Both the position numbers and the translations under genes were made by a program. 64,000 nucleotides of DNA from Chlorokybus atmophyticus (lineage: Eukaryota > Plantae > Mesostigma and Chlorokybus algae), in assembly GCA_009103225.1 (NCBI GenBank), contig RHPI01000401.1:184300-248299 (forward strand), written 5' to 3'. How positions within the stretch are numbered: position 1 is the first letter of the stretch; every line of letters starts with the position of its first letter. The notes under the pieces were generated by a model that was not told the DNA's origin, made no database searches, and saw nothing but the letters and a program-made list of their open reading frames with translations. Shown here piece by piece: positions 13,901-27,926 of this stretch.

Positions 13901-15736
13901 CTATCGCATGGCCCCGGCACGCAGCACGTCCACCATGTCATAAATCTTCTTCTCAGCACCCTCCTTTATCTGCGACAACAAAGACACACATAGCACACAT
14001 GGTCAAGAGTAGTAGTAGCGCAAAGCCAACATGTCATCGAACTCCCTGCTCCCACCCTGCTCACCCGCTGATGGAGGAACAGCACGGCGTCGACGGTGCC
14101 CTGCGCGTATATGCTTCGTCCGCACACGTTGTGTTGAAACTCGAACGTCACGCTGCGTGTCACAACAAGACCGGTGAGTGTCTTGCACGAGGCGACAGTG
14201 ATATGAGTTAACACATGCGTGTTGTGTACCTGCCGTCGGGGGCGACCAGCTGATACGTGTGGAAGGCGTGGCCGGTGAGGTGCTCCTGCGGCACCTTCAT
14301 GCGCTCCTGCTGCTCGACGGGATCACGCACCATCTCGATCTGCGAACAAAGACTACATCGGGCACAGCAAGATGCACATGCACACATGCACGCACGTGCG
14401 CAAAAGTGCTCACGCATACGCACACGCATGCGCACCTCCTCCACGTCGAATTCAACTCCCAGCTTCTGAAACGACGCGACGATGGCTTTGGCTGTGCCCG
14501 AGGTGTCGACCTTGGTGCTCTGGTGCGACTCCGTCACGTGGAGGGCGTAACCCTTGAACGCGCCGGGGAAGTTGTCGGCCATGATGGACATCGCGGCCTG
14601 GAACGCAACGACCTGGGAGGAACTGTAGAGTGAGACTCAGTGTCGACACACGCACACTTGCACGCGCACGCACGCGCACGCGCGCATACACGCACTTGTT
14701 TCCCCATTTGCGGTGCGACGACGGCGTATACTCCGGACTCTTGTACGTTGCGCATGAGGCGCGCGCGGTCCCCGCCCGTGGTGCCCATCACGAACGGCAC
14801 TTTGTGCTGCACGTAGAAGTCCGCGTTCTCTGGCATACGACACAGACACAATCAGTACGCACACGCACACATCGTGCATCGTGTTATAGATCTGCACCAA
14901 AGTGCATTGTTGACTTCAACCCACCGTTGACGGCTGCGGGCAGCGTGAAGTCGACGACGACGACGTTTGGGTACTCGTCCCTGACGGCTCTTATCACCTC
15001 CTCCTTGTGCTTCGCGTTCTTGCAGCGCACGGCCACGCCACCACATGCCACGACGCTGTCCGAACCACCTGGCATGGATCACTTCCACCGATGAGTTGAG
15101 ACGTCCGTCGCGTGCGTGCGTGCGCGCGTGCAAGTGGGCAGAGGCGTGAACACGTAGATGCGTGTGCGTGTGCGTGTGCGTGTGCGTGTGTGTCTGTCTC
15201 CCTCACCGGTGATCGCGTGCGGCACGAGCGTGAGTCCCGCCTCAACGGCGGCCTCCGCGACCGCGTGGCCCATGCGACCGCTGCAGTCGTTCACCATCAC
15301 ACACACCTCGCTCGCGGCAACAACCGACGACGACATCATCACCGTGGCAGTGGAGGATGATACCGCTCTACTCCTCCTCCTCCTCCGGATGCTGGTAGCT
15401 GACCACACAAAACGCGTTGTGGCCGTCGTTGTTGTGACTGTAAACTAGCTTGCTGAGATTCAAGTATTTTAGCTCATTGTGTAAAGCAGCATTGCACATT
15501 GGACACACATTGTTGCTTTACTTACTCTCCATGTGTGATGAGTGAGAGGGCGAAAGGGAGTGGAAGCTCTTGTGCGGGTATGATGATGATGATGATGATG
15601 ATGATGATGGCCGCCGCCTGGCCTGGGCCGTGCGCCTCGCCAATGGTGGAGCAGGAGCAGCATGACACGTGGCATACGCTGCTTGAACGACGAGTCTGCC
15701 GCCGCATGCGACGGCGACACCGCCGCCGCCAACCAT
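13901..15736 (-). CDS. DAPB: Plastid 4-hydroxy-tetrahydrodipicolinate reductase, 8 exons (15736-15526, 15437-15207, 15068-14925, 14829-14696, 14612-14436, 14339-14230, 14152-14065, 13969-13901)
   Basis: VMVNDCSGRMG, VVDFTLP, VPFVMGTTGGDR, ESHQSTKVDTSGTAKA, GHAFHTY, FEFQHNVCGRSIYAQGTVDAV, IYDMVDVLRAGAMR; Ser/Ala/Arg-rich transit-peptide-like N-terminus; phases consistent. Confidence 0.95.
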
Positions 15737-15830
15737 CCCGCCACCGCCGCCGCCACCACCCACTGACTGAAACTTCCCAAAACAAAATTCCGCGAGTGTT
15801 TGTTTGAGCAGGTAGGCGGGGGGCGCCATC

Positions 15831-17164
15831 ATGGCGGCGGCGGCGGTGAACGAGGAGGTGGTGGAGGTGAGCAAGGAGGTTGCTGGGCAGAGGCGGCGGG
15901 AGCTGCGTCGCGCCGTGGCGGATCTGCGACGACGCGGGCTCTACGAAGGCGCCAAGTGGTGGGTGCATACACAAGCGGCTTGTTTGACGTGACGTGAAAC
16001 AGTTGCGGTGGTGTCTGTGGATACATCGTGTAAGTCCAAGTAGTAGTAGTGCAGTGTCATCCATCTGTATCATATGAGAGCAAGCAACACCTGATGAGAG
16101 GAGTGATACTGAGAGTCGCATGATATATCTGCATGCATGTTTGTGACACTCGCTTAGAGGGCAGTGATACAATCAGCGTGAGCGTGATTGACAAGGAGGA
16201 TGCTGTGACACACTCATGATCATAGCGCATACGCATAGACAGAAAGCAACGCACTTCAGGGCTGCGGAGCAGCTGGTGGGTTTGGGTTTGCCACAGCAGC
16301 AGCGCGGAGTGGATGAGAGCGAGAAAGCCAGCACGGCGGGTAAGGCCGCATGTTGGGGGGGAACACTTGTTGGTATGTTGTGGATGCACGCACAGCGGAT
16401 GATAGATCAAGTACCACATGTATGACAGAGCGGAGTAGCGGTGATGATGTTGATGATGATGATGACGATGACGACGACGATAGCATGCTGCTTGCGCGCG
16501 CGTACTTTGACACGCGCGAGTACAGCCGCGCCGCGCACGTGCTCAAGAAGAGTAGCCGCCTCACCGGTCGCGAGCACCCGGCGGCCGTGTTCCTACGCTG
16601 CTACGCGCTCTACCTAGCAGGTGGAGTGTGTTTCCTGCTTGGCCCCAATGCTGCGTGTGCAACAGTTTCACGCACAGGCATGTCGCGGAGCTGTAGTTAC
16701 ACCCATGGCGCGGAAGTGTGAACACATGTGGATGCGCTGATGCACATGCACATACATGCACTGACCCCCACCCGCATGCTCGCGTGTCACATGCGAGAGA
16801 GAGAGCCATAGGGGCACGCGCATGTGGGTGTGTTGGATCCGACGCATGCGATGCTCTGTCATGCGCAGGCGAGAAGCGAAAGGAGGAGGAGGTAATCGAA
16901 GTGGCCGGTCCCACGGGGCGCGGAGAGGTGAGAGAGACGGTTAGCCAGCATCACACTGTCGCAAGCAGTCACGACTCTCTCTCTCCCCTCGACACAGCAA
17001 TCACTCCAGCTCTGTTTGCGCGCAGCAGAATGTGGTCAACCGCCAGCTGCCTGCGCTGGAGTCTGAGCTGACCCACCTGCACAAGACGGGCCAAGCCGAC
17101 GCCTTCTGCACGTTCTTGTGCGTGTGCTGCTACCACGCACCATGTAAACTCAACACGCTGACAC

Positions 17165-17201
<37 letters not shown>

Positions 17202-19269
17202 CTCGCACATGATGTTCTCTCCCCATCCAATCTCCCACCTCCCACCCCTTCTCTTAGGTACGGTCTTGTCCTCCGCGACCTGGGTCGTTCTTCGGACTCC
17301 CGCTCCGCCCTGTGCGCCTCCGTCTCCGCGTACCCCTGCAACTGGCCGGCGTGGCAGGCGCTCACGGGACTCCCCGCCACCGACAGGAGGGTCGTGGAGG
17401 GGATGACGCTGGAGAACCACTGGATGAGGGGGTTCTTCACGGCGGCGGTGTGTGTAGGCATGCGTGGTGACACGAGAGTGGCTTGCCGTACGCACACGCG
17501 TCCGCATGCGCGCGACTCATTCTCACTCACCCACCCCACCCCTCACCTCCTCAGGTCAGCTTGGAGTTGCAGCACAACACGGAGGGTCTGGCGCAGTACC
17601 AGGCTCTGAAGGAGGAGTTCCCCGGCAGCGACTACGTCCTCGCGCAGACGGCCGCGGCGCACTACCACCTCAGAGACTTCGACCAGGCGGAGGTACGGGT
17701 GCATGTTTGAGTGGGATTGTTGTTACAAACAACATGTACTGATTGTCTTTCCCCGCAGGTGCTGTTTCAGGATCTGCTGCAGAGCGATCCCCACCGCGTG
17801 GAAGGGATGGACACGTACTCCAACATACTCTATGTCAAGGAGGATCTACCGGCGCTCTCGCACCTAGCGCACCGCGTCGTTGTTACGGACAAGTACCGAC
17901 CAGAAACTTGCTGCATAGTTGGCAACTACTACAGGTAGGAGTGTGGACGGGTGCGTGTGTGTGACGTATACACGCACATATGCCCGCGCAGGGTCGCGCG
18001 TGCGCACGCATGTATGCATGTGCATACGCGTGAAGATGTGTGCGTCTGGTGTTCACGTGCGTGTGTGTATCTTGTGCCGGTGATTCGGCTACTATAAAAA
18101 CTCACCTTGGTGGCACTGACACCACCTCCATTGCAGCTTGCGGTCGCTCCATGAGAAGGCTGTGACATACTTCCAGAGGGCTCTCAAGCTCGACCGGCGT
18201 TACCTCTCCGCGTACACGCTGATGGGTCACGAGTACGTGGAGCTCAAGAACACCGCCGCGGCCATCGAGGCCTACAGGTGCGGGTTGGGCTGCTGATTGA
18301 GGCTATGGGTTGTTGTGTCGAGTTGCTTGATATGTGGGCATGTGGGCGTAGGCGTGCGGTGGATGTCAACGCCCGTGACTACCGCGCGTGGTACGGACTC
18401 GGACAGACGTACGAGCTGCTGGCCATGCCGTACTATGCGCTGTACTACTACAGAAGAGCAACGGAGCTGAGACCTCAGGTGGGTGGCTGTTGGTGGGTGG
18501 ATGCGCGCACGTGTGTATATGTGCATTTGTGCGCGGATGTGGGTGTGTGCATGCGCCCCAACCACTTGTGTGCATGGACGCGGCGTCATGCGTCTGAGGT
18601 GAACAGAGGGTAACGAGACAAGCACATCTGTTGTGACAGGATGCGCGCATGTGGTGTGCGATGGGTCAGTGCTACGAGCACGAGCAGCTCGGCATGCACG
18701 CCGCCGCGATCCGTTGCTACCGTCGCGCCCTATCCCACGACGACCGCGAGGGCCTCGCCCTCCACAAGCTGGCGGGTCTCCACGCCGCCCTCTCCCAATC
18801 CTCCCACGCCGCCTTCTACTACAAGGCCAACCTCCGCCGCCTCGACGCCCACGGGGCACACGGGCAGGACCTCGTGGACGCACTGAAGTACCTCGCCGTG
18901 TACCACCGCAACCGCACAGACCTGTCCGAGGCGGAACATTACTGTTTGAGGTTACTCGATGCGTCTGTTGGGGCGGGTGCGGGACCGGAGAAGGAGGATG
19001 CGAAGGCGCTGCTCAGGGAGATACGCAGCATACAACAACATGGTGGACACGCTGTTTCGAGAGGGGGAGCCACGCCGACACGGCTCATGCTGTCGCCGCT
19101 GCCGGATCATGCGGCGGCTATGATGATGCCTGTGCATGGTGGGGGAGACAACATGTACAGCCATGTCACGCCCGTGCGAGGTGCGGGAGGAACAACCGGG
19201 GAGGGGCTGTCACCAGAGGGGTATGTTGGCTCGCCTGTGCCTGACATGGATGAGTCCTTGTCGCCGTGA
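15831..19269 (+). CDS. CDC23: Anaphase-promoting complex subunit 8 (TPR protein), multi-exon
   Basis: [97 protein letters not shown]. Confidence 0.96.
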
Positions 19270-20777
19270 GAGCGGGTACACAATGTGGTATCGGATGTGA
19301 TTTTGTGTACAGTGGTGGCTGTGTAGTGTTGCGCATTGGTCGCATGTGCGAGTAAGCTGTTTATGTTGCAATTGTGATTGCAGCAGTCACGTGCACTGTC
19401 ATGTACATGTGATGCTATGAAAGGTCACAATGACAATTGCCAACAACATATGGTAGACAACAGAGAGCCATTGCATGGTGTGGTTGCAGCGGCTACAGCT
19501 ACACAGTATACGTAGAGCAGGGCACAGTCAGTAATGTCGTTTACTTACTGCGATGCAATGTTCCATGCAATTAGGACGACTTCCATGCAACTTGTTCCAT
19601 GCAACTCGTTTGCAGTGGACATAAGTCCTTTGCCTGCTTCACCTCTTGCTCAAGCTGTTGCACACGGCCCTTTTCACCATAGTGGATGCTTGGTACAATT
19701 TTATGAATGCATCCAAGAATGCGTTCATAAAGATTCATGTGCGCCCCATTCCAGATAGTTGTATCTCTGATTCAATGCATATGAATTGCGTAAGGTACCA
19801 TATAGGCTGTAAGCTCGTGCCAGCATATCGCTTATTGCAATTCAGAAAGTGCTGTTTTCACAACCGTAATGCATGACCCTTTTCATGTGCTGTTGTTGCA
19901 CACACACAGACACACACACGCACGCACACGTACACGCCTTGCATGCATGATTAATATGTACGTCGACCATTTGTACGCACGACACTTCATCACAAAACGA
20001 GAAGAGTAAAGTGGTCATGGAAAATGTCTTCAAGAAAAAATTGGATATGACTACATCGTGCATGATTGAAACCCGAGCCCTGTTGTTAATAATATTATAT
20101 ATAAGTTTATGTGTGCGTATGGCAATTGCACATTGCCAAGGGGATTCGTCAGCGAAAGACAGTGGTAAGCTACAGAGATACAGCAGACTATAATTAAGGC
20201 ATGCGCATTGGCTATATGTGTATCAAAGCTACTAGCGTGATATCTGCGTGTAAGTGAGGCGGAGCGAAGCAGGCAGCAGGAAGGCAGTAGTACAAGGCAG
20301 TAGTACAAGCAGTGCGGAGTGATCACAACAAACCTGCAACACACGAGGCTAATGTGACATAACATGTGGATCCACGTAAACTGTACCTATATACATTGAA
20401 TCAAATAGCTTTAAAGCTTGCCAATGTGATGTTGCTCTTCCAGTGATTTCAAATACATAACATAACATAGCACGAGCGTTTCGCGTATGTGCTACCTCAA
20501 TGTCATTGCTTGATTTATGAGTCTTTATTGCTCATGCCATGATTCACACGCCTGCCGTGCTTAGGATGTTTCACACCAGCGCCTTTACCAACACCACTCT
20601 ACACCAAGTCTTGGGAACTTGACAGCGATGGTTGAGGCTTTTCGGCCCAGCCAGTGCCGTAGGCCTATGCATTTCCCCCTTCAGCAAAAAGCAAAAAGGT
20701 GCTCGCTCACTGCTGACGTGGACCTCGCTCATAGGGCTGCAAGTCGCTCTAAGCCTGCGCGCGCGCAGAAAGGCAAA

Positions 20778-20786
20778 TTAGGGTTT
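20778..20786 (-). promoter_or_regulatory. Telo-box (AAACCCTAA) upstream of the XRN gene
   Basis: TTAGGGTTT lies ~290 bp before the ATG at 21078; telo-boxes are established in plant ribosome-biogenesis and translation gene promoters. Confidence 0.5.
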
Positions 20787-21077
20787 CACCCGCCCCTGAT
20801 CCACCCCAACGCCGGCGGCGGCGAAGGACGAGGGGGAGGAGGCCTTGGAGGAGCAGGACGAGGAGGAACAGGGGATCGAGTAGGGAAGAAGCGGAGCATG
20901 GGCGGAGCGTTGTTGTTGACAGCAAGGCGACGGGGTTGTTGTTCTTGGAGGAAAGGAGATGTGCGGCAGTGTGTAGTGGTTAACAAGAACAGTGGTTGAG
21001 GCGTTGGGTCTGGTCGTTGTTGCTGTTGGTGTTGTTGTAGGGCGTGTTGCTGGAGGAGGAGTCCTTGTCGCTCCGAC

Positions 21078-24000
21078 ATGGGTGTGCCGAGCTTTTTCCG
21101 ATGGCTGAGCACGAGGTACCCTCGGACTATCGTGGACGTGGTGGAGGCGGAACCTCACATGGTGGAGGGTGTCGCTGTTGCGCCGGTAGACGGAACTCTG
21201 CCCAACCCCAACGGCCTGGAGTACCACGCCCTGTACCTTGACATGAACGGCATCATCCACCCTTGCTTCCACCCTGAAGACCGTCCCGCCCCCACCACCC
21301 TGCTGGAGGTGTTCAGCAACGTGTTCGACTACATCGACCGCCTCTTCCTCATCGTCCGCCCCCGCCGCGTCCTCTTCATGGCCATGGACGGTGTTGCTCC
21401 CAGGGCCAAGATGAACCAGCAGCGTGCGAGGCGATTCAGGGCGGCGCAGGATGCAGCGGAGGCGGCCGCGGAGGAGGCGCGTCTGCGGGCGGAGTTTGAG
21501 GCTGCTGGGCATGGCCCTCCGCCCCCAAAGAAACCCTCAGAGGCGTTTGATAGTAATGTCATCACGCCGGGTACGCCCTTCATGAGCCAGCTAAGCGTGG
21601 CGCTGCAGTATTACGTGCACCTGAGGTTGAACCGCGACCCCGCATGGAGAGGGATTAAGGTTCTACTCTCAGACAGCTCTGTGCCTGGCGAGGGCGAGCA
21701 CAAGATTGTCCAGTATGTTCGCCAGCAGCGCAACCGCCCCGGACATGATCCCAACACGCGGCACTGTCTCTACGGACTCGACGCCGACCTTATCATGCTC
21801 TCGCTTGCCACGCACGAGGCCCACTTCTCTATCCTGCGCGAGCTGGTTGTGTTCAAGGGTGGACCTGGCGGTAACAACAATGCACAACGCTGTTTCCTAT
21901 GCAACCAGGAGGGACACATCGCTGCTGAGTGCACCGGTGCGGCCGCCGCGCAGGATGGGGAGGATGGGGATGGCAAACCTGTCATTGCAAAGAAGCCCTT
22001 CCAGTTCCTGCATATATGGGTGCTGCGCGAGTATCTAGAGAAGGACATCAACGTCCCCGACAAGGATGCCCTTGGGTTCCCGTATGACCTCGAGCGCATC
22101 ATTGACGACTTCGTGTTTATGTGCTTCTTTGTTGGCAATGACTTTCTGCCTCACATGCCCACGCTAGAGATCAGAGAGGTATGGAGCTTGGCTTGAGCAT
22201 TTTCTTGCATGCTGGCAGTAAAGTGAGTAGCTGGCATCACTTTTCTGGCATACGTTGTACACGTGTGTTGGTAATGAACACAGTGTCACATGCATGATTA
22301 TGCGTGCATGAGGCAATACTTTGAAAAACTTTGATGTTGGCTTACACCTGATGTTGATGGCCAAGGCGTGTGTGTTTGCAGAATGCCATCGATTTGCTGA
22401 TGGCCATCTACCGGGGTTCGCTGAAAGAGATGGGCGGGTACTTGTGCAACAACGGTGACGTGCACCTGGACCGGGTGGAGTACTTCATGCGCAAGGTGGG
22501 CGTGCATGAGGAGGCCATCTTCCAGAAGCGCGCCGCCCAGCACGAGCGTTCGGCCAACCGCGCTCGCAACCAGAAGGCGCAGCGGCAGCAGCGTGGGTCC
22601 GATGCTGCCCCCACACGCATGGTGACCGTCGCACCAGTTGCACGCTACGATGGCTCACGCCTAGCCTCTGCCAGCAACGGGTCCACGTACAACAGCAATA
22701 ACAACAGCAGCGGAAGTGGCAGCAACAAAGCTGCAGCTGAAGCGCTTAAGGCGTCGCTTTTGTCAAGAACGGGTGGTGGCGACAATGCTGCCCCGCAGGG
22801 CCACATAAAAAGATTGAGGTTGGATGAGAAGGGCGAGGCTCTTGACACCGGCGCTGCTGCTGAGGTACTGCTTGAATTGCTTGTCTCACGCGTTGCATGC
22901 TTGCCAGTTCTAATGTGTCATGTTGCCTTTGTATGTGTTGTTGTTTGCCTGCTGCTGAGACTTGATGTCTGCTGACAGTGGTGGGACATGTTGAAGGAGT
23001 CCAAGGACGAGAGGAACCGCAAGAAGAATTCTCAGGCGGCCGCGGAGTTCTCCCTCAAGCTCAAGAGCGCGCTCAATGACAAGGCAGACCTGCTGGACAA
23101 GGGCTACGAGGACGACGTGCGGCTCGGCCAATCCGGCTGGAAGGAGCGCTACTACAAGGCCAAGTTCGGCTTTGCATTGGACGAGCAGGAGAAGGTGCAG
23201 GACGTCGTGAAGAAGTACATTGAGGGGCTGTGTTGGGTGCTCAAGTATTACTACCAGGGCTGCGTGTCGTGGGGTTGGTACTACCCTTATTACTACGCGC
23301 CGTTCGCCTCTGATCTTGTGGGCCTTGCCGACTTGGATATCAGCTTCACGCTGGGCGAGCCGTTCAAGCCGTTTGAGCAGCTTCTATCAGTGTTGCCCGC
23401 AGCGAGCGCGCATGCGCTTCCCCCGGCATACAGGCGACTGATGACAGATAGGGACTCCTCCATCTTAGACTTCTATCCTCTTGACTTTGAGGTGGACATG
23501 AAGGGCAAGCGCTTTGCGTGGCAGGGTGTTGCGAAGCTCCCTTTTATTGACGAGCAGCGCTTGCGCATGGCCATTGAGCCCCTCGAGCACACTCTCACCC
23601 CGGACGAGCGGCGGCGCAACCGCCACATGTCGGACTTGCTGTATCTCCACAGCAGCGACAAGCTGGCACCCTACGTGTACTCGCTGTACGATACGTTTGA
23701 GCACCTGGAGGATGGGCCTGAGCGCCGGGCCGCCTGCATTGAGCTCGACCCTGAAGCCAGCCAGAGCCTCCTTGGGGCTATCTATCTCTGCGAGGGCGGG
23801 TCCTCGGCGAGCGTGCTGCGCTCCCCGCTGGCGGGCTTCGAGGACATCACCGCCAACCGCGTGCTGGTGGCCGTGTACAGAAACCCGTCAACCCAGCCGC
23901 ACGTGGCACGCCTGCAGCCAGGGGCGATTCTACCTGAGAGGATATTGACCGATCTTGACACGCCCGAGCTTCCTGTATTATGGCATGAGGACAGGTTTGG

Positions 24001-24707
24001 CAACAATCGGTCTCCAAGCCCATATGGCAGAGGAGGAGGAGGTCCTGGCTCTCGCTCGCCCTCACCCACACCCTACAACCCTGCTGTCACGCTGGCCAAT
24101 GGCGCCCACCGCATGCTGCAGCACAACCTCGGCGCGCTGCCGCAGCGGCCCGGCATGGCAACGGCACAGTTTGCGCAGGGACCCTCGGCGGGGCAGCCGG
24201 GCTTTAGTGGCGGGCGAGGGCGCGGGGGCGTGCTGCCTGCACCGCTTCACGGTCAGTACGGCCAACCTATGCAGCCTCCTCCATATGGGTATGGAATGCC
24301 TGGAGCATCACAGCCACCACTTTATGACCAGTATCATGACAGATCAATGCAACGTCCACAACAAGACCGCTATGCCTGGCAGGGCGCAGGTGTGTTAAGT
24401 TGATGTCATGCATTGCCTAACGTGTGCCTCTGGCTGTGTGTGGTTGTGTACACGCTTACTAACTCATTGCCATTGTTCAACAGGGTCGCCGCTTCCGTAT
24501 GGGCCTGTGCCACCATCAATACCCAACGCAGGATACCCCCTGTTGCAACCACAGCAGCAACATCCGCACCAACAGTTCCAGCATCAACAACAAAGACCCG
24601 GGTTTGCACGACCTCCTCCGCACGCAGGCATCGGTAGCAACAACTACTACAACGCACTGTCACGACCACCGCAGCAGGGACCGCACTACCCCCAGGGACG
24701 TAGGTAG
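21078..24707 (+). CDS. XRN2: 5'-3' exoribonuclease, plant XRN2/3/4 family, 4 exons (21078-22178, 22382-22864, 22979-~24389, 24484-24707)
   Basis: [51 protein letters not shown] knuckle [47 protein letters not shown]. Confidence 0.96.
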
Positions 24708-26284
24708 CACCCACTCAACCCGTGTGGGGTTAGGGTTACTTGCAGACAGCATGTTGATTGAGATAAGGGTGGTTGCGTGAGCACATTGCGAGGTGTACAT
24801 TGCTATGCAGCGACGCAATGTGGTGTTTCAAAATTGCACACTTGGTTGGAAACTGCTCAACCACTAGATGTGGTTGGGAAAAAAAACCAGCACTGAGTAC
24901 AGCACAATATAAAAATCTGAACCACTGCCAGCTGCAAGAGGTGTCATGACGCTGTACCTTTGCCTCTCAATGTGCCAGCAGTACGGGCACGGTTACTTGA
25001 CAATATTCACGGCAATGGCAACTGCCTGCGCGCAGAGGCGTTGCATTTTGGCAATACTCTTATTTTCAGTTGGATGGACGCGGTGGTTAGCAGGCACTAG
25101 ACTGCATTGGATCGTCCATATTCGGCGCCAGCTCTGACTACTGTTGCTGTGGTTTTGACGTTGGTTGCTGACCATCACGGTGCACAAAGGGAACTTGGCA
25201 TGTAGGCCAGCTGGAAGGCCCCGAAAGTAATTGTTGTGTTGCCCTGCCTGTCTTGCTTGCTAGGGGCTTGTGGTGTTGAAGTTCTCAATGCATGGGATGT
25301 ATTATACATCATGTATACCCTATGCACATTTTAGCATGCCATCTTTTGTACACGCACTTTGTAATAGTGTGAGTGGATGCAGTGTGTTGTAGCAACACGG
25401 GTATATGTGCAATCATGCCGTGTATTGTTAGCCGAGTTCATACTGCATCAAGGTGCACGTTTGCAGGGTATGTGAGCAACTGTTATGAACATGCATTTGC
25501 AAAGCATCAAACGAATAAGATACAATAAATGGGGCCAATGGGCAAGGCAATGCAGGTTAGGCAAGACGTTGCAGCCGGTCACACGCACTTGCATAAAGTG
25601 TACAAGTCATATAAGAAGAAGGAACCAAACAAAACAAGCAGCACCACAAGGAGCAAGCAGAGTAGGCATAGAAATAGGCAAGAGCAGCCTTTCGAATTCA
25701 ATTAAGGGGCTTTACCACTACGTGCGGCAATAGGATGCGGTGGCAAGCAGCAAGCGAGCACACACGCACGTTGCATACATGACCACCAGGCTAGCGCTAC
25801 TTATATGTCTACTTATATCTCTACTTAAACCTCTACTCTCTAGTCTACCGCTGCTCCTACCACATGTGCGTAGAGTTTGAGTACATTGCTGTAGGTCGAG
25901 TAACAGCGACCTTTTTACACTGTAAGTTATAGTGCGAACGAATATTGCGACATCGTGAAGAACGCATACAGTAAAATGGAGGGCCTTGAACTTGATCCTT
26001 GTCCTATCTATGATAGACTTTCCAATGAGACAGATGCAAAGAGGTCATGCGTCACGCATCGCACAGTCCAGCGACATACCGCACGCCAGCCGTGGGATAC
26101 GGTCAGCTCGTCACGCTGATTCAACGGCTCGATCCTTGTCATCGTGGTGGCACCAGCGCAAGGCGCACCACCAACACGCACCCAAACAGATAGGCCTGGG
26201 CAGGGACAGCGGCGGCAACGTTGTGGTGCACACCAACGACATCAACGACAACCTCCGCAGGCAACGACGACCACGACAACGAAC

Positions 26285-27926
26285 ATGGCGGCTACGGCAG
26301 CGACCATGGCGGCGGTCAGCAGCGGAGCAGTTGCTTACTGCGCCCAGCCCACTGATTCGCGGCTAAGGCAAAAAGTTGCTCCGGCGCCGGCGGTGCCGTT
26401 GAAGGCATCGTCGTCATCCTCCTTCCTGTCTCTGACAGCCTCCCGGCCCAAGCGGCGAGCACTGGCCGCCCGCGCCTCAGCGCAGGACACAGCCTCAGAG
26501 TCAGGTATGCTCGCGATTGTCAACTGCATTGTCAAGATGTAGAGATCAAACCTTACCTCACCAATACACCCACATTTCCTTGATCAGGCAGTGCGCCCAC
26601 TGGTGAGACAGCATCAGCAGCGGTAGCAAAAAAGCAGCTGGGCAAGGAATGGGTTGCTGCCGCCGATATTCAGGACCTGCCCAAGGGTGAGAGGCTTGTG
26701 GTGTCCGCGGGTGGCCGAGACATCCTCCTATTCTGGTTAGAGAATGCTATGTTATTGCATCACTGTTGTGTTTGTTGTGTTTCTCTTGCCTCATCCTTGC
26801 ATTCGTGGTGGTGCGTCCACACAGGTACAAGCAGCAGATCTACGCCATAGAGAACCGGTCTCCCGCAGAGGGAGCGTACAGCGAGGGGTTTGTGAAGGGT
26901 ATGCTCACGCAGGACGGCTGCATTGTCTGCCCAACCACAAACAGCAGCTTCTACATCAGTAACGGAAATGTCAAAGACTGGTAAGTGCACCTGCACACGC
27001 ACACGCACACACACGCGCATGTGCGCCCGTTGTGGCTGAGAGAATGGTTTCTTGATGGCTGTCTAGCTGTGTCTCTGTTTTGCAATTGATGCAGTATCCA
27101 AAGTTTCATATGTCATAAACGCAGGTACCCTGGTAACTTTGTTCTTGCTAAGCTCACGCCAGAGAGCAAGCTGCTCACTTTCCCGGTGGAGATTGATTCG
27201 CAAAACATTTACGTGAAGGTCAGCGGGGGCAATGCTGTCTCCTGGGCCGCCAATGCAAATGGTATGTTATTGCTCATCTTCAGTTGGTCTAATGTGCCTA
27301 TGCCACTATGCACATGTATGTGAAGTAAAGTAGAGTAGTCAATTGCGCTCAGCACTAATGTCTGTACTGCAGCAATGACCAGCTTCAAGGCGTCATTTGG
27401 TGGCAGCGACACATCCATCGACAAGAACAATGGTGAGTTACAGTAGCTGCTCTCAAATACTTTTGCAAGTATCGTGCAACCTGCATTGCAGGCCTAGTAG
27501 AGGAAGTTTCTGCAACCATGTTCAATTTGTGTGTACGCTTTTGAACTTTGTGTTGCACAGTCTATGCTGTGGAGCCAACCGTCTACATTGAGGGCACCAC
27601 GCCCGAACAAGGCGTTTCGGAAGATGTTGACGTCAAAGCCACGGTTAGTGTGTTTCAGCAGTCTGAGTGATACTCTTCGTCTACTTGAATGTTATCAGAA
27701 AACTTGCATTGCATGAATGTTGTTCCAAATGTTGTTATGTTCGCAGGTCAAGCCGGCGACCGTTATCACGGGGACGGTGTCTGTGGCCGTGGTGGCACTT
27801 TCTGGCACAGTGACGTGCATCTACTATGAGCAATATGTTGGGTTGGGGCTGTTCTGGATTGGGCTGTTTGCCGCCATTGCCTATTATGTCTCACAAAGCA
27901 CAGACTTGTTAGGCGATAGAAAGTAG
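26285..27926 (+). CDS. PSB33: Thylakoid Rieske-like protein PSB33/TEF5, 7 exons
   Basis: Transit peptide, then DLPKGER..ILLFWYKQQIYAIENRSPAEGAYSEGF..TQDGCIVCPTT..WYP, followed by two C-terminal hydrophobic segments. Confidence 0.85.

Noticed and set aside
15469-15780. Minus-strand ORF with a poly-His tract
   Set aside because: It is an alternative frame of DAPB exon 1; the (ATC)n microsatellite reads as poly-Ser in the frame that splices correctly.
20778-21512. Long antisense ORFs over XRN (and similar ones over APC8, gag, pol and Copia)
   Set aside because: Shadow ORFs expected from GC-rich codon usage on the opposite strand; no independent motifs.
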